Below the pieces are notes generated by a model that saw nothing but the letters and a program-made list of their open reading frames with translations, had not been told where the DNA came from and searched no databases. A stretch of 64,000 bases of DNA from contig CBDCCK010000002.1 of the NCBI GenBank assembly GCA_965214835.1, positions 2,208,001 to 2,272,000 on the forward strand, in the 5' to 3' direction. Position 1 is the first letter of the stretch. Each line of letters starts with the position of its first letter. Shown in pieces: positions 1 to 8,984 of this stretch. Source of the DNA: Nitrosopumilaceae archaeon (GTDB taxonomy: Archaea; Thermoproteota; Nitrososphaeria; Nitrososphaerales; Nitrosopumilaceae). A program made the position numbers and the translations under genes.

Positions 1-1
1 A

Positions 2-694
2 GGCATGGCAAGAACCGGCTTTGGACAAAACATTGCGCTGCGCTATGTCCATGACGACGACCTGCAGCCACTCTACTCTGCACTGCTGTCCCACGGTCTT
101 GCCAAGTCCGGTGCACTCACGATGGCCGCACCAATCGGATGCTCGGGCACCACCTCCTGCAATCTTGCGCTGACCAACTCGCACAGACTTGCAAAGGAAA
201 TTCAGAGAAAGTTCCTAGAGCTGCACTTGGATGAGGACGACGATCTCAGGGAGTCGTCAATCAAGATAAGCGGATGCCCCAACTCCTGCGGGCAGCACGG
301 AATTGCAACAATTGGCTTTTTTGGCGGCGGCGGCAGGGTAGGCAAGGACATGTATCCGAACTATATGATGTCCCTGGGCGGGCGCTCCGATGGGGATACG
401 ATGCTGGGCGCCGGCCTAATGAGGGTTCCCGCAAAGCGCGTGATTCCGGTAGTCTTGAAGATAATCGAGGTGTTCAGGGAAAGCAAAAAACCCGATGACA
501 CCCTGACCTCCTGGCTGCACAGGGTTGTCAGCGGCAACGAGGACTCTAGGATCAGATCGCTGGACGATCTAAAGGGGATTCTGGCCCCGCTTACGGATCC
601 CCCCACGATAGCCGAGGATCCGGGCTTTTATTCTGACTATGGCACCGACGGGGGCTATCACACAAAGACCGGCAAGGGTGAGTGTGCTGCTTGA
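2..694 (+). CDS. Nitrite/sulfite reductase (siroheme, 4Fe-4S), C-terminal part; 5' end lies outside the window
   Basis: CSGTTSC...SGCPNSCGQH siroheme/4Fe-4S motif; sits directly upstream of a rhodanese. Confidence 0.9.
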   Translation, partial: GMARTGFGQNIALRYVHDDDLQPLYSALLSHGLAKSGALTMAAPIGCSGTTSCNLALTNSHRLAKEIQRKFLELHLDEDDDLRESSIKISGCPNSCGQHGIATIGFFGGGGRVGKDMYPNYMMSLGGRSDGDTMLGAGLMRVPAKRVIPVVLKIIEVFRESKKPDDTLTSWLHRVVSGNEDSRIRSLDDLKGILAPLTDPPTIAEDPGFYSDYGTDGGYHTKTGKGECAA

Positions 695-1485
695 GTGCAG
701 TCAAAACAACAAAGGATGTTGACTCCCTGCGCTCGGAAATCCGGGACAGGAGCGTACGCGTAGTCGATGTGCGTCGTGAGGACGACTATGTGCGTGATCA
801 CATCCCAAGCTCCGTTAACCTCCCGCTGGCAGGCCTGCTTTCTGATGACAGCCCCGAGCGCGTCAACAGGATTATCCAGTCTGTGGGGATTGGCGACGAG
901 ACGCCGGTGGTCGTGTATGATGACACCTTTGGAGCGCTGGCATCGCGCGTTGCCTGGACCCTTGAATACTTGGGACACTCCGATGTTAGCCTGCTTGAGA
1001 CCACCTACTCCCAATGGAGATCCATGGGACTGGAAAGCGACAGCGCCGTGCCCGAGGTGCGGCCAAGTGCTCATTCTGTGAGCCTGCAGCCTGGAATCTT
1101 GGCCACCTCTGACTATCTGGAGGCCGCAAGGGGGCGCAAGGGCGTCGTCCTGATCGACAACCGTGAGCGGCTAAACTACCTAGAGCAGCACATCCCCGGC
1201 GCAATCAGCCTTCCATACAGGACCCTTGCGTCCCCAGACCGGATACTGCGCCCGCACGACGAGGTAAGGCGGTTGCTGGAGAACCGGGGCGTGTCCGGCG
1301 GCTCTGAGATCATAACCTACTGCGGTAGCGTGGGCACGCTCTCAGGTCTTGCGTATTATGCACTAAAGTCCGCAGGCCTGCCAGATGTCCGGCTGTATGT
1401 CCGCTCGTTTAGGGAATGGAAGAGCATGGAAAGGCCGACCGAGCGGCAGCCTGATGCAAACTATTGGGATCTGTCTGCAGAATAA
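691..1485 (+). CDS. Thiosulfate sulfurtransferase (tandem rhodanese domains)
   Basis: VVDVR...HIP and LIDNR...HIPGA...YCGSVG motifs; TTG start overlaps the upstream stop. Confidence 0.9.
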   Translation: MSAVKTTKDVDSLRSEIRDRSVRVVDVRREDDYVRDHIPSSVNLPLAGLLSDDSPERVNRIIQSVGIGDETPVVVYDDTFGALASRVAWTLEYLGHSDVSLLETTYSQWRSMGLESDSAVPEVRPSAHSVSLQPGILATSDYLEAARGRKGVVLIDNRERLNYLEQHIPGAISLPYRTLASPDRILRPHDEVRRLLENRGVSGGSEIITYCGSVGTLSGLAYYALKSAGLPDVRLYVRSFREWKSMERPTERQPDANYWDLSAE

Positions 1486-1550
1486 ACGGCCCTTGCCGTG
1501 CGGCGGCCGAATCCGGGAGCTGATGCAAACTATTGGGATCTGTCTGCAGA
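1451..1550. repeat. Perfect 31-bp direct repeat (1451-1481, 1520-1550) with a 38-bp interval
   Basis: ctgatgcaaactattgggatctgtctgcaga occurs twice, period 69. Confidence 0.95.
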
Positions 1551-2690
1551 GCTATGGCCTACCTGGCTTCTTAGCTGCTTTGTAACTACAACCTCGATGT
1601 TGTCAAACATCGTGAGCATCTTCTCCCTGTGGTCCTCAAGGTACTCTTCTGCCCTGTCCTCTAGCCGTATCTTCCACAGCTTGATCTCCCGGTGCTCCTC
1701 AAAGAACTGCTCAATCATCTGTTGGCCGCATTTCTTGGGATCAATGAACACGTCAAACTCCCTGACTATCCCACTGATGTCGCCCTCCTCGATTGCGTTT
1801 TTTACGTTGGTGATTGCCTGGCTGAGATCCTTGAGGTTTGCAACCGACACCGGAAGCTCCCTCTTCCTAGTGAGTCCCAGAAACCCCTTCTTTTCCTTTC
1901 CAACCCTCTTTGCAATCTCCGGCGACAGATCATATATTGGAATCCTGTGGAACCCCTCGCGCTTTTCGTTTTTTACCAGCAGCCCCTTTTCGGTCAGCTT
2001 TAGCAGCGACTCTTCGGCGTCTGCCTTGTTTAGCAACGTGGTCCAGACGATGGAGCCAATCGTATGGTATCCCTGTCTGACGCATTCGAGGACCACAACA
2101 TCCACAATTCTTCGAAACCCCTCCTCGACCCTTACGTTTATCAGGTCCTTGTCCTTTACGGCCTTTCTTGCATTTTTTACGTCGATCTCAATTGAGCGCT
2201 TTAGCGACTCGATTGCCTCGGGAACCTGGTTTAGCAGCGAGAGAAAGCATGCCTTGTTGTACCATGCCATCCCAAACTCCGGATCCGACTCGATTGCCTT
2301 CTCGCTTGAGTCAAGGGCCTTTGCATAGTTTTTTTGCTCATAGTGCACCAGGCCCTTGAGGTTCCAGGCCTCGGCGTTTGTAACATCGATATCCAGAATC
2401 TGATCATAGACCCTCAGCGCCTCGGAATGATCATCTAGATGAAACCTTGCATATCCCAGCTTTAGCAGCGTCTCGACGTTTCTTGGGTCGATGCGCAGCG
2501 CCTGCTCGAAGACCTCTACGGCGTCTTCCAGCTTTTCATCTGCCATCAGGTTCGTCCCCTTTTTGTAGAGCCGCTTGAGGTTGTACTTGGGATCCACTAG
2601 GCTGGTGGTTTTGCTTGCCTTGGACCCCTCGATCTCCTCTGGTTCGGGCTCTGGCTCGAGTTTTGCCTTCTTGAAGGGGGTCTTCATCAT
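1530..2690 (-). CDS. TPR-repeat protein
   Basis: Several TPR motifs (AEAWNLKG, GMAWYNKA); its stop codon lies inside repeat copy 2. Confidence 0.85.
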   Translation of the reverse strand: MMKTPFKKAKLEPEPEPEEIEGSKASKTTSLVDPKYNLKRLYKKGTNLMADEKLEDAVEVFEQALRIDPRNVETLLKLGYARFHLDDHSEALRVYDQILDIDVTNAEAWNLKGLVHYEQKNYAKALDSSEKAIESDPEFGMAWYNKACFLSLLNQVPEAIESLKRSIEIDVKNARKAVKDKDLINVRVEEGFRRIVDVVVLECVRQGYHTIGSIVWTTLLNKADAEESLLKLTEKGLLVKNEKREGFHRIPIYDLSPEIAKRVGKEKKGFLGLTRKRELPVSVANLKDLSQAITNVKNAIEEGDISGIVREFDVFIDPKKCGQQMIEQFFEEHREIKLWKIRLEDRAEEYLEDHREKMLTMFDNIEVVVTKQLRSQVGHSSADRSQ

Positions 2691-2797
2691 TCAGATTTGC
2701 CCTATTTTGCAGATAAATACTATTGCCGCCATATGCCTAGCACTTTGATATATCTTGATGAAAATGCAGAAATACCTCGTACTCAAAGAGACGTGTA

Positions 2798-4399
2798 GTG
2801 TCTTCCAATCCTAAAATTGAGGCAAGCGGGCCTGCCCCATTCAAGCAGGCGGGGGTATATGAGGTTCAGATACTGATTGCCGACAAAAAACCCAGCGCAG
2901 ACTCTATTCCAAAGCGCTCCTTCGATGTCCTGTGGAAGGATACGTTCCACCTCAGGGTAAAAGACGGCACGTTCTCGCAGATCCTTGGTAGCGCCGCAAA
3001 CCCCATCCCGGGCTCCGTATCTGATCTGGCATCTGTCTGGATAATAGTGATAGATCGGTTCTCGTCACTGCACTCGTCGTTTGAGGTGCAGCTGTCAAAG
3101 CCACACCCTGCAAAGCCAGAACCGCAAAAGCCAGAGCCTCCAAAAAAAGTCGAAAGGCCCCCAAAGCCTGCCACGTCCGGATCCTCGGGCCCGCCCGGCG
3201 GTAGGGGCCCTGATGGTCCGCCCGGCCCGCAGGGCGACAAGGGCCCGCCCGGCGCGCCGGGGGGAAAGGGAGATCAGGGCCCGCTGGGGGTTCCAGGTGA
3301 CAAGGGCCCACAGGGGCAGCCCGGCCTGCAGGGCGACAAGGGCCCGGCAGGCGACAAGGGACTGACCGGAGAGAGGGGCCTCAAGGGAGACCGGGGAATT
3401 ACCGGCGACAAAGGTGACAAGGGAGACAAGGGCGCAACCGGTCCTGTAGGCGACAAGGGAGACAAGGGCGCAACCGGCCCTCCTGGAGACAAGGGCCCTG
3501 TCGGCCTGCGCGGCATTCAGGGCGACAAGGGTGAAAAGGGCCCTACCGGCCCTCTTGGAGACAAGGGCCCTGTCGGCCTGCGGGGTCCTTCGGGCCCGGT
3601 CGGCGACAAGGGACCGCAGGGCGCGCCCGGTGACAAGGGACTGACGGGAGACAAGGGCCCGGTCGGAGAAAAGGGACAGACCGGTTCTCAGGGCCCGGTC
3701 GGAGAAAAGGGCATTCAGGGCCCGGTCGGAGAAAAGGGCCCCAAGGGTTCGCAGGGTCCACTTGGCGACAAGGGCCCGGTCGGCCCGGCAGGCCCCAAGG
3801 GAGACAAGGGCCTTACAGGACCGCAAGGCCCTCCAGGCGAAAAGGGTCCGGCAGGCCCCAAAGGCCCACTTGGAGAAAAGGGTACGACGGGCCCATCGGG
3901 TACGGCAGGCGACAAGGGACCGCAGGGCCCGCAGGGTCCGGCGGGAGAAAAGGGACTGACCGGCGTCCCGGGCCCGCAGGGAGAAAAGGGCGAAAAGGGC
4001 CCGCAGGGCCCACTTGGAGAAAAGGGTACGACGGGCCCGGCGGGCCCGACCGGCGACAAGGGCCCGCAGGGATCTCAGGGCCCGCAGGGAGAGCGTGGCC
4101 CGCAGGGCCCTCCAGGCGAAAAGGGCCCGCAGGGCCCGCAGGGAATTCAGGGCCCGCAGGGAGAGCGTGGCCCGCAGGGCCCGGCAGGCCCCGCAGGCGA
4201 GCCCGGACCCCGTGGAGAGCAGGGCCCTGTCGGCCCGGCAGGCCCCAAGGGCCCCCCGGGCCCTCCAGGCGACAAGGGCTCCTCTAGCGGGCTGTCTGAG
4301 TCCCAAAAGGCGCTATTCAAGGAGATGCTGGAGATCCTGACTGAAAAGAACGTCATCACCACTGAGGAGCAAATCAGGCTGATGAGCCATCTCTACTAG
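2798..4399 (+). CDS. Collagen-like triple-helix (Gly-X-Y) protein
   Basis: About 120 uninterrupted G-X-Y triplets (GDK, GPQ, GEK, GPP) between a globular N-terminus and a short helical C-terminus. Confidence 0.92.
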   Translation: MSSNPKIEASGPAPFKQAGVYEVQILIADKKPSADSIPKRSFDVLWKDTFHLRVKDGTFSQILGSAANPIPGSVSDLASVWIIVIDRFSSLHSSFEVQLSKPHPAKPEPQKPEPPKKVERPPKPATSGSSGPPGGRGPDGPPGPQGDKGPPGAPGGKGDQGPLGVPGDKGPQGQPGLQGDKGPAGDKGLTGERGLKGDRGITGDKGDKGDKGATGPVGDKGDKGATGPPGDKGPVGLRGIQGDKGEKGPTGPLGDKGPVGLRGPSGPVGDKGPQGAPGDKGLTGDKGPVGEKGQTGSQGPVGEKGIQGPVGEKGPKGSQGPLGDKGPVGPAGPKGDKGLTGPQGPPGEKGPAGPKGPLGEKGTTGPSGTAGDKGPQGPQGPAGEKGLTGVPGPQGEKGEKGPQGPLGEKGTTGPAGPTGDKGPQGSQGPQGERGPQGPPGEKGPQGPQGIQGPQGERGPQGPAGPAGEPGPRGEQGPVGPAGPKGPPGPPGDKGSSSGLSESQKALFKEMLEILTEKNVITTEEQIRLMSHLY

Positions 4400-4433
4400 T
4401 AACCTTTTCAAATGGCCACTGTCATCTTGTAAT

Positions 4434-4718
4434 ATGAGCCAGCAGGGCGAGAAAATCGACTTTGAGATGCTAGATTACAAGCGTATTGAAAATGAGTACG
4501 TCTCATTCAAGCTGGAAGACGGGACGGTCGTAAAGGTCAAGGTTGACTTGGACCGGGTTGGAAAGGCAATCAACCATAAAAATCCTGACGGGACTCCGCA
4601 CTATGCAATCAACACCGCAATCAAGCTTTCAATCCTGCCTGCGGAAAAAAAATTCACCGTGGCAAAAAGCAACCTAAAGAACAGCCAAAAATCCCCGCCG
4701 GGGCAGATGTTCAGTTGA
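4434..4718 (+). CDS. Conserved hypothetical small protein
   Basis: ATG start, protein-like composition, co-oriented with the collagen gene. Confidence 0.7.
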   Translation: MSQQGEKIDFEMLDYKRIENEYVSFKLEDGTVVKVKVDLDRVGKAINHKNPDGTPHYAINTAIKLSILPAEKKFTVAKSNLKNSQKSPPGQMFS

Positions 4719-4790
4719 TTTTAGAGGTATAAGATAAAAAGGTAAACAAATCGCCAGCTGCTGGCGATTGTTAGTTTGAAGAAGCGACTG

Positions 4791-5120
4791 CTATCGCCTT
4801 CTTGCAGGCTTTCTCTTCGGAGCTGCCTTTTTCTTTGCAGGCCTTCTCTTCGGAGCTGCCTTTTTAGCTGCCGTCTTTTTCTTTGCAGGCTTTCTCTTCG
4901 GAGCTGCCTTTTTCTTTGCAGGCCTTCTCTTCGGAGCTGCCTTTTTAGCTGCCGTCTTTTTCTTTGCAGGCTTTCTCTTCGGAGCTGCCTTTTTCTTTGC
5001 AGGCCTTCTCTTCGGAGCTGCCTTTTTAGCTGCCGTCTTTTTCTTTGCAGGCTTTCTCTTCGGAGCTGCCTTTTTCTTTGCAGGCTTTCTCTTCGGAGCT
5101 GCTTTTCGTTTTGTAGCCAT
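4791..5120 (-). CDS. Lys/Ala/Pro/Arg-rich histone H1-like basic repeat protein
   Basis: KKAAPKRKPA repeats; 81-bp unit present three times. Confidence 0.75.
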   Translation of the reverse strand: MATKRKAAPKRKPAKKKAAPKRKPAKKKTAAKKAAPKRRPAKKKAAPKRKPAKKKTAAKKAAPKRRPAKKKAAPKRKPAKKKTAAKKAAPKRRPAKKKAAPKRKPARRR

Positions 5121-5416
5121 TAACAAACTCGCATTCTCATTGTTTTTCAGTAGCTAAACTAAAGAAAATTACACCAAGTGATAACAAATTCTCAACGAAG
5201 TTTTGGCAAAATGGATTCAATTCCTGATCGTAGACTGATCAATGGGCGATCTCATATGGAGGATTTTTGCCGCAAAACCGTCCAAAATGATTGCAAATCA
5301 CGCGCATGTGCCCCCTTTGTGCGTTTGCAGACTGCGATCTTGGGGGCAAAAGCGTGCAGTGGCCGTACCACCATCTTTGAATTCCTGATCCATCCTGATC
5401 CATGCCGCCTGGGAAA

Positions 5417-6526
5417 TCAGGCACCCTTTAGCTTGATTATCGTCAAAACATCCTCGTCTTGCAGGATGTGGTCCAGTCCAACCCTCTGCCCGCCGAACTT
5501 TACACTCTTTCCCCAGACCAGTCCGTACCTGAACTGCTTTCTCATCTTTCGGTGCAGCTTGTTGCACACGTCCTCTACCGTGTCGCCCTCCCTTGCAATC
5601 AGCGGCTCCTCAAAGTCAGTCTGGCCCCCCTTGGGCCTCATGTATATCCTGATAAAGCTCAGCCTCATGTAGATCTCCTCCCTTAACAGCTCTATGTTGA
5701 TGTCTGAGTTTGCAGAGACCTCGATCACCTTCGTTTTCAGCCTCCTTTTCAAATCCCTCCTAAATCCATCGTCTGCCAGATCAATCTTGTTGAGGATTGT
5801 AATCGCCTTTGAGTAGCTTATGTTTCCCGCAACGTGGTCTGAGAGCTGTTCTGATGTCAGATCCTCTCGGACTACCACCCTTGCACTCGTGATTCCGTAC
5901 AGGTGCAGGACATCCTTGAGGTGCTTTTCTGTAATCTTGGTCAGCCTTACCTGCTGGGCCACTGCAATCCCACCCGTTGCAGACCTTTCAACTGTGATGT
6001 TTGGGGGAAGCTGGTTCAGCCTGATTCCGATGTTGCCAAGCTCGCTTATCAGCACGTCCTCGTGGTACGGCTGGAACACGTCTAGCACAAGCAAGACAAG
6101 ATCCGCGCTTCTTGCAACCGAGAGGATTCTTTTGCCCAGGCCCTTCCCGCTTGAGGCGCCCTTGATGATTCCAGGCAGGTCCAGAACTTGGATTTTTGCG
6201 CCGCGGTACTCCATCATGCCCGGAACCACGGTCAGTGTGGTAAACTGGTAGGCGCCAACCTCCGACCTTGCACCCGTCAGCCTGTTTAGCAGCGTGGACT
6301 TTCCGACGCTTGGCAGTCCGATGAAGACAACCGTGGCATCCCCTGTTCTTCTTACGTCAAACCCATCTGACTTTTGCCCGCTCTTTTTTGAGGCATTGTC
6401 CTCCTGCTCGCGCCTTAGCTTTGCAATCTTTGCCTTTAGCAGCCCCAGGTGGTGCTCTGTTGCCTTGTTGATCTGCGTTTTTGCCATCTCGTCCTCTATG
6501 GCCTTGATTTTTTCTGGAATTCCCAA
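5417..6526 (-). CDS. DRG/Obg-family GTP-binding protein with TGS domain
   Basis: GLPSVGKS, YQFTT, DLPG and NKID motifs; C-terminal TGS domain. Confidence 0.95.
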   Translation of the reverse strand: MGIPEKIKAIEDEMAKTQINKATEHHLGLLKAKIAKLRREQEDNASKKSGQKSDGFDVRRTGDATVVFIGLPSVGKSTLLNRLTGARSEVGAYQFTTLTVVPGMMEYRGAKIQVLDLPGIIKGASSGKGLGKRILSVARSADLVLLVLDVFQPYHEDVLISELGNIGIRLNQLPPNITVERSATGGIAVAQQVRLTKITEKHLKDVLHLYGITSARVVVREDLTSEQLSDHVAGNISYSKAITILNKIDLADDGFRRDLKRRLKTKVIEVSANSDINIELLREEIYMRLSFIRIYMRPKGGQTDFEEPLIAREGDTVEDVCNKLHRKMRKQFRYGLVWGKSVKFGGQRVGLDHILQDEDVLTIIKLKGA

Positions 6527-6691
6527 CCTCGCTCACCACACCTCTTACCCCTTTGAATAATATCTTATTGGTTTTCATGCACGGCCCGTCGGAGCACGCA
6601 AGCCCGTACCTGTGTCTTGACGTTGGAGCTCACACGTGCCCTGGCATTTTTTGAGCGCAGCAGATATTATCTGGCCGGACTGCCTAGTCTT

Positions 6692-7387
6692 GTGAAGCCA
6701 AAGACGTTTGCAGTCGACATTGACGGAACCATAACCGAGAATGGCGGGGGGCGGATTCATCTGGATGCGCTGCTTGCACTGCGGCACCTCAAGAATCAGG
6801 GCCACAACGTGATCTTTGTCACCGGCAGATCGTCAGTAGAGGGCTATCTGTTGTCGGTGTTTGGCGGAACCACCAACGTCGCAGTAGGCGAGAACGGCGG
6901 CTGTATCACCTTTGGAAACTGTGAGCACAAGCTGCTGGGAAACATCGGGGAGTGCAGGCGGGCGCTTGACGTCATAAGGGCAGGCATTGACAATGTCAGG
7001 GAAAAGCCCGTCTTTCCCAGAATGACCGAGATAGTCCTTGAGAGAACCTTTGACCTAGAGTCTGCCAGATGCCTGGTCTCTGAGATGGGACTGGACGTGG
7101 TCATGTCTGACAGCCAGTATGCGTACCACGTCAACTCGCGCGGAATTGACAAGGGCAGGGGCCTTGTGGAGGTAATGGGGATGCTTTCTGTTGACCCCTC
7201 TGACGTGATTGCCATCGGGGACAGTGCCACTGACATCCCGCTGTTCAGGAAGGCAGGAACGAGCATCGCGCTGGGCAATGCCTTTGACGATGTCAAGGCA
7301 GAGGCCACCATCACCGTTGCTGCAAGATCCGGGGACGGCATAGTAGAGGCACTGAGTCTGCTTGCCCAGAGATCCTTTGAGGTGTGA
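6692..7387 (+). CDS. HAD-family phosphoglycolate phosphatase (TA0175 type)
   Basis: DIDGT, TGR and GDSATD motifs; GTG start at 6692. Confidence 0.88.
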   Translation: MKPKTFAVDIDGTITENGGGRIHLDALLALRHLKNQGHNVIFVTGRSSVEGYLLSVFGGTTNVAVGENGGCITFGNCEHKLLGNIGECRRALDVIRAGIDNVREKPVFPRMTEIVLERTFDLESARCLVSEMGLDVVMSDSQYAYHVNSRGIDKGRGLVEVMGMLSVDPSDVIAIGDSATDIPLFRKAGTSIALGNAFDDVKAEATITVAARSGDGIVEALSLLAQRSFEV

Positions 7388-7498
7388 AGCTGGCAGCCTG
7401 CAGGCACCTTTGATCCGCATTGCGCCTGTTTTTTACGAGTCGGGAAATTATGCCGTGAGCACGCGTGGAGCACGGAGTTATTTGATTAAAAACACAAG

Positions 7499-7995
7499 TG
7501 TTTCATATGGAAATTAGTTCCGCCCCTCATTGGCATCCTTCATCCATTTGGGGTCGCCTTTCATGATCGCTTTTGTGGCCTCCCGTCTCCAGAACGCCAT
7601 CCTAGGCGTCTCGGCGCGCCCATATCCAGTGAATAGTGCGTCCTGCGCTCGTTGTAGAACTCGATGAACTCGCCGACCTGCCAAGTGTACCATCTCCCTC
7701 TCAAGCATCTTGAACTACATCTCAAGCTTGCCGTTGGTCTTGGGGTGGTAGGATCTGGAGTCTATCAGCTCGATTCCGCGGTTCAAAAGCTCGACCTCAA
7801 AGACAGTTTGCCTCCATGTGTCCAGAGGTATCGTCTTTTTGTTCCTGCCCAGTTAAAACACCTGACGTTATCCGACAGGATCTGGGCCGGCACCCCAAAC
7901 GCCTTGATTGTCTTGCACAGCATCAAAACTGCATTCTCCGAGGTCGCGTGCTCAAAGACGCCGAATCCGATTATGCACCGCGAGGAATCGTCAAG
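7499..7995 (-). pseudogene. IS481-family transposase, 3' remnant
   Basis: LDDSSRCIIGFGVFEHATSENAV...ILSDN, closely similar to the IS481 copy at 18.3 kb; contains frameshifts; TGT-type end near 7499. Confidence 0.75.
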
Positions 7996-8679
7996 ATGCA
8001 CCTGATGGTCGACGCATACACCAAGCAGGTGCTGGCAGTATCCGTCACAGACGAGGCAGTCAGCGACAGCACGGAACTGCCGGCACTGCTTGAGGCGGCG
8101 GCCAGGAGCATCAAGGAAGAGGAGCAGCAGGACTGCCCCGACAGCGCGGACGCAGTAAAGATCCCCAACATGCTTGCAGACGGGATATCGCCGCTGACCC
8201 TGCTCGGCACCGGAGCGAATAAGGATGCACCGGGCACGATCCTGCTTGCAGACGGCGGATACGGCTCAAGGAAAAACGTATCCGAGTGCCACAAGCGCGG
8301 CATAAGGCCGCTCATACGGCTCTTGACAAGCTGCAATGCAAAGGGCAAGGGCACCGGCGACAAGTGGGGCATGCTTGTGCGAAGCCAGCTAGGGGACGGC
8401 CACGAGGTGCCGGTTGGGGATCTGTCAAAGGAGGAGAGGCAGGAGAACCTACGGTACTGGAAGAGCACGGTAGGCTACGGTACGAGGTGGATCGTCGAGA
8501 TCGTGATATCTGCCATAAAGCGCATGTTAGGCGAGGACGTAAAGGCCCTCAGGTGGTCCAATATAGTGCAGGAGGTAAAGTTGAGGATATGGCTGTACAA
8601 CAAGTGGATCGCAGAGGCGGTGGCTGCCATGTGGGAACCGAGCGCCGGTAGTGATCTTGGCGGATTGGATGGGTTCTAG
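7996..8679 (+). pseudogene. IS5-family (IS903-like) DDE transposase, N-terminally truncated
   Basis: KMHLMVD...LLADGGY...RWIVEIVISAIKRMLG DDE motifs; N-terminal half missing. Confidence 0.75.
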
Positions 8680-8685
8680 TCGGAG

Positions 8686-8777
8686 GTATGTGGTCACGTC
8701 CCCTTGTTAGCTAGGAACGAAAATCACAACCATGCATCTAATTCGTGCCTGACTGATGGGGGTAGGTGACCTCGTAC
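8686..8777 (+). mobile_element. MITE family A (about 93 bp) with an 8-bp target-site duplication
   Basis: Terminal inverted repeats gtatgtggtcac...gtgacctcgtac; agtcggag on both flanks. Confidence 0.9.
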
Positions 8778-8984
8778 AGTCGGAGTTATGCAACAATCTA
8801 GGTGATTTTATATCTTTATTAATTACACCTGATTTAATCATGACATCAGAATGAATGACTTGCATGCCATTATGGGGCAGGACACCCCTGCCAATGTCGC
8901 CCTGATCGTTTGGGTGGGGGGTGACCTGTCGTAGCTTTGACACGGGGGAGCCCGTCTAGTCGGACTCTTGTAGATGCAGCCTCC

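Noticed and set aside
1498-2328. 276-aa plus-strand ORF beginning with a copy of the rhodanese C-terminus
   Set aside because: It is the antisense shadow of the TPR gene; its start is an accident of the 31-bp duplication.
2866-4362. Many overlapping ORFs in the collagen region
   Set aside because: Alternative frames of a GC-rich G-X-Y repeat lack stops by construction.
4776-5123. Regular repeats resembling a CRISPR array, and a Cys/Leu/Ser-rich plus-strand ORF
   Set aside because: There are no unique spacers; this is the coding tandem repeat of the minus-strand basic protein.
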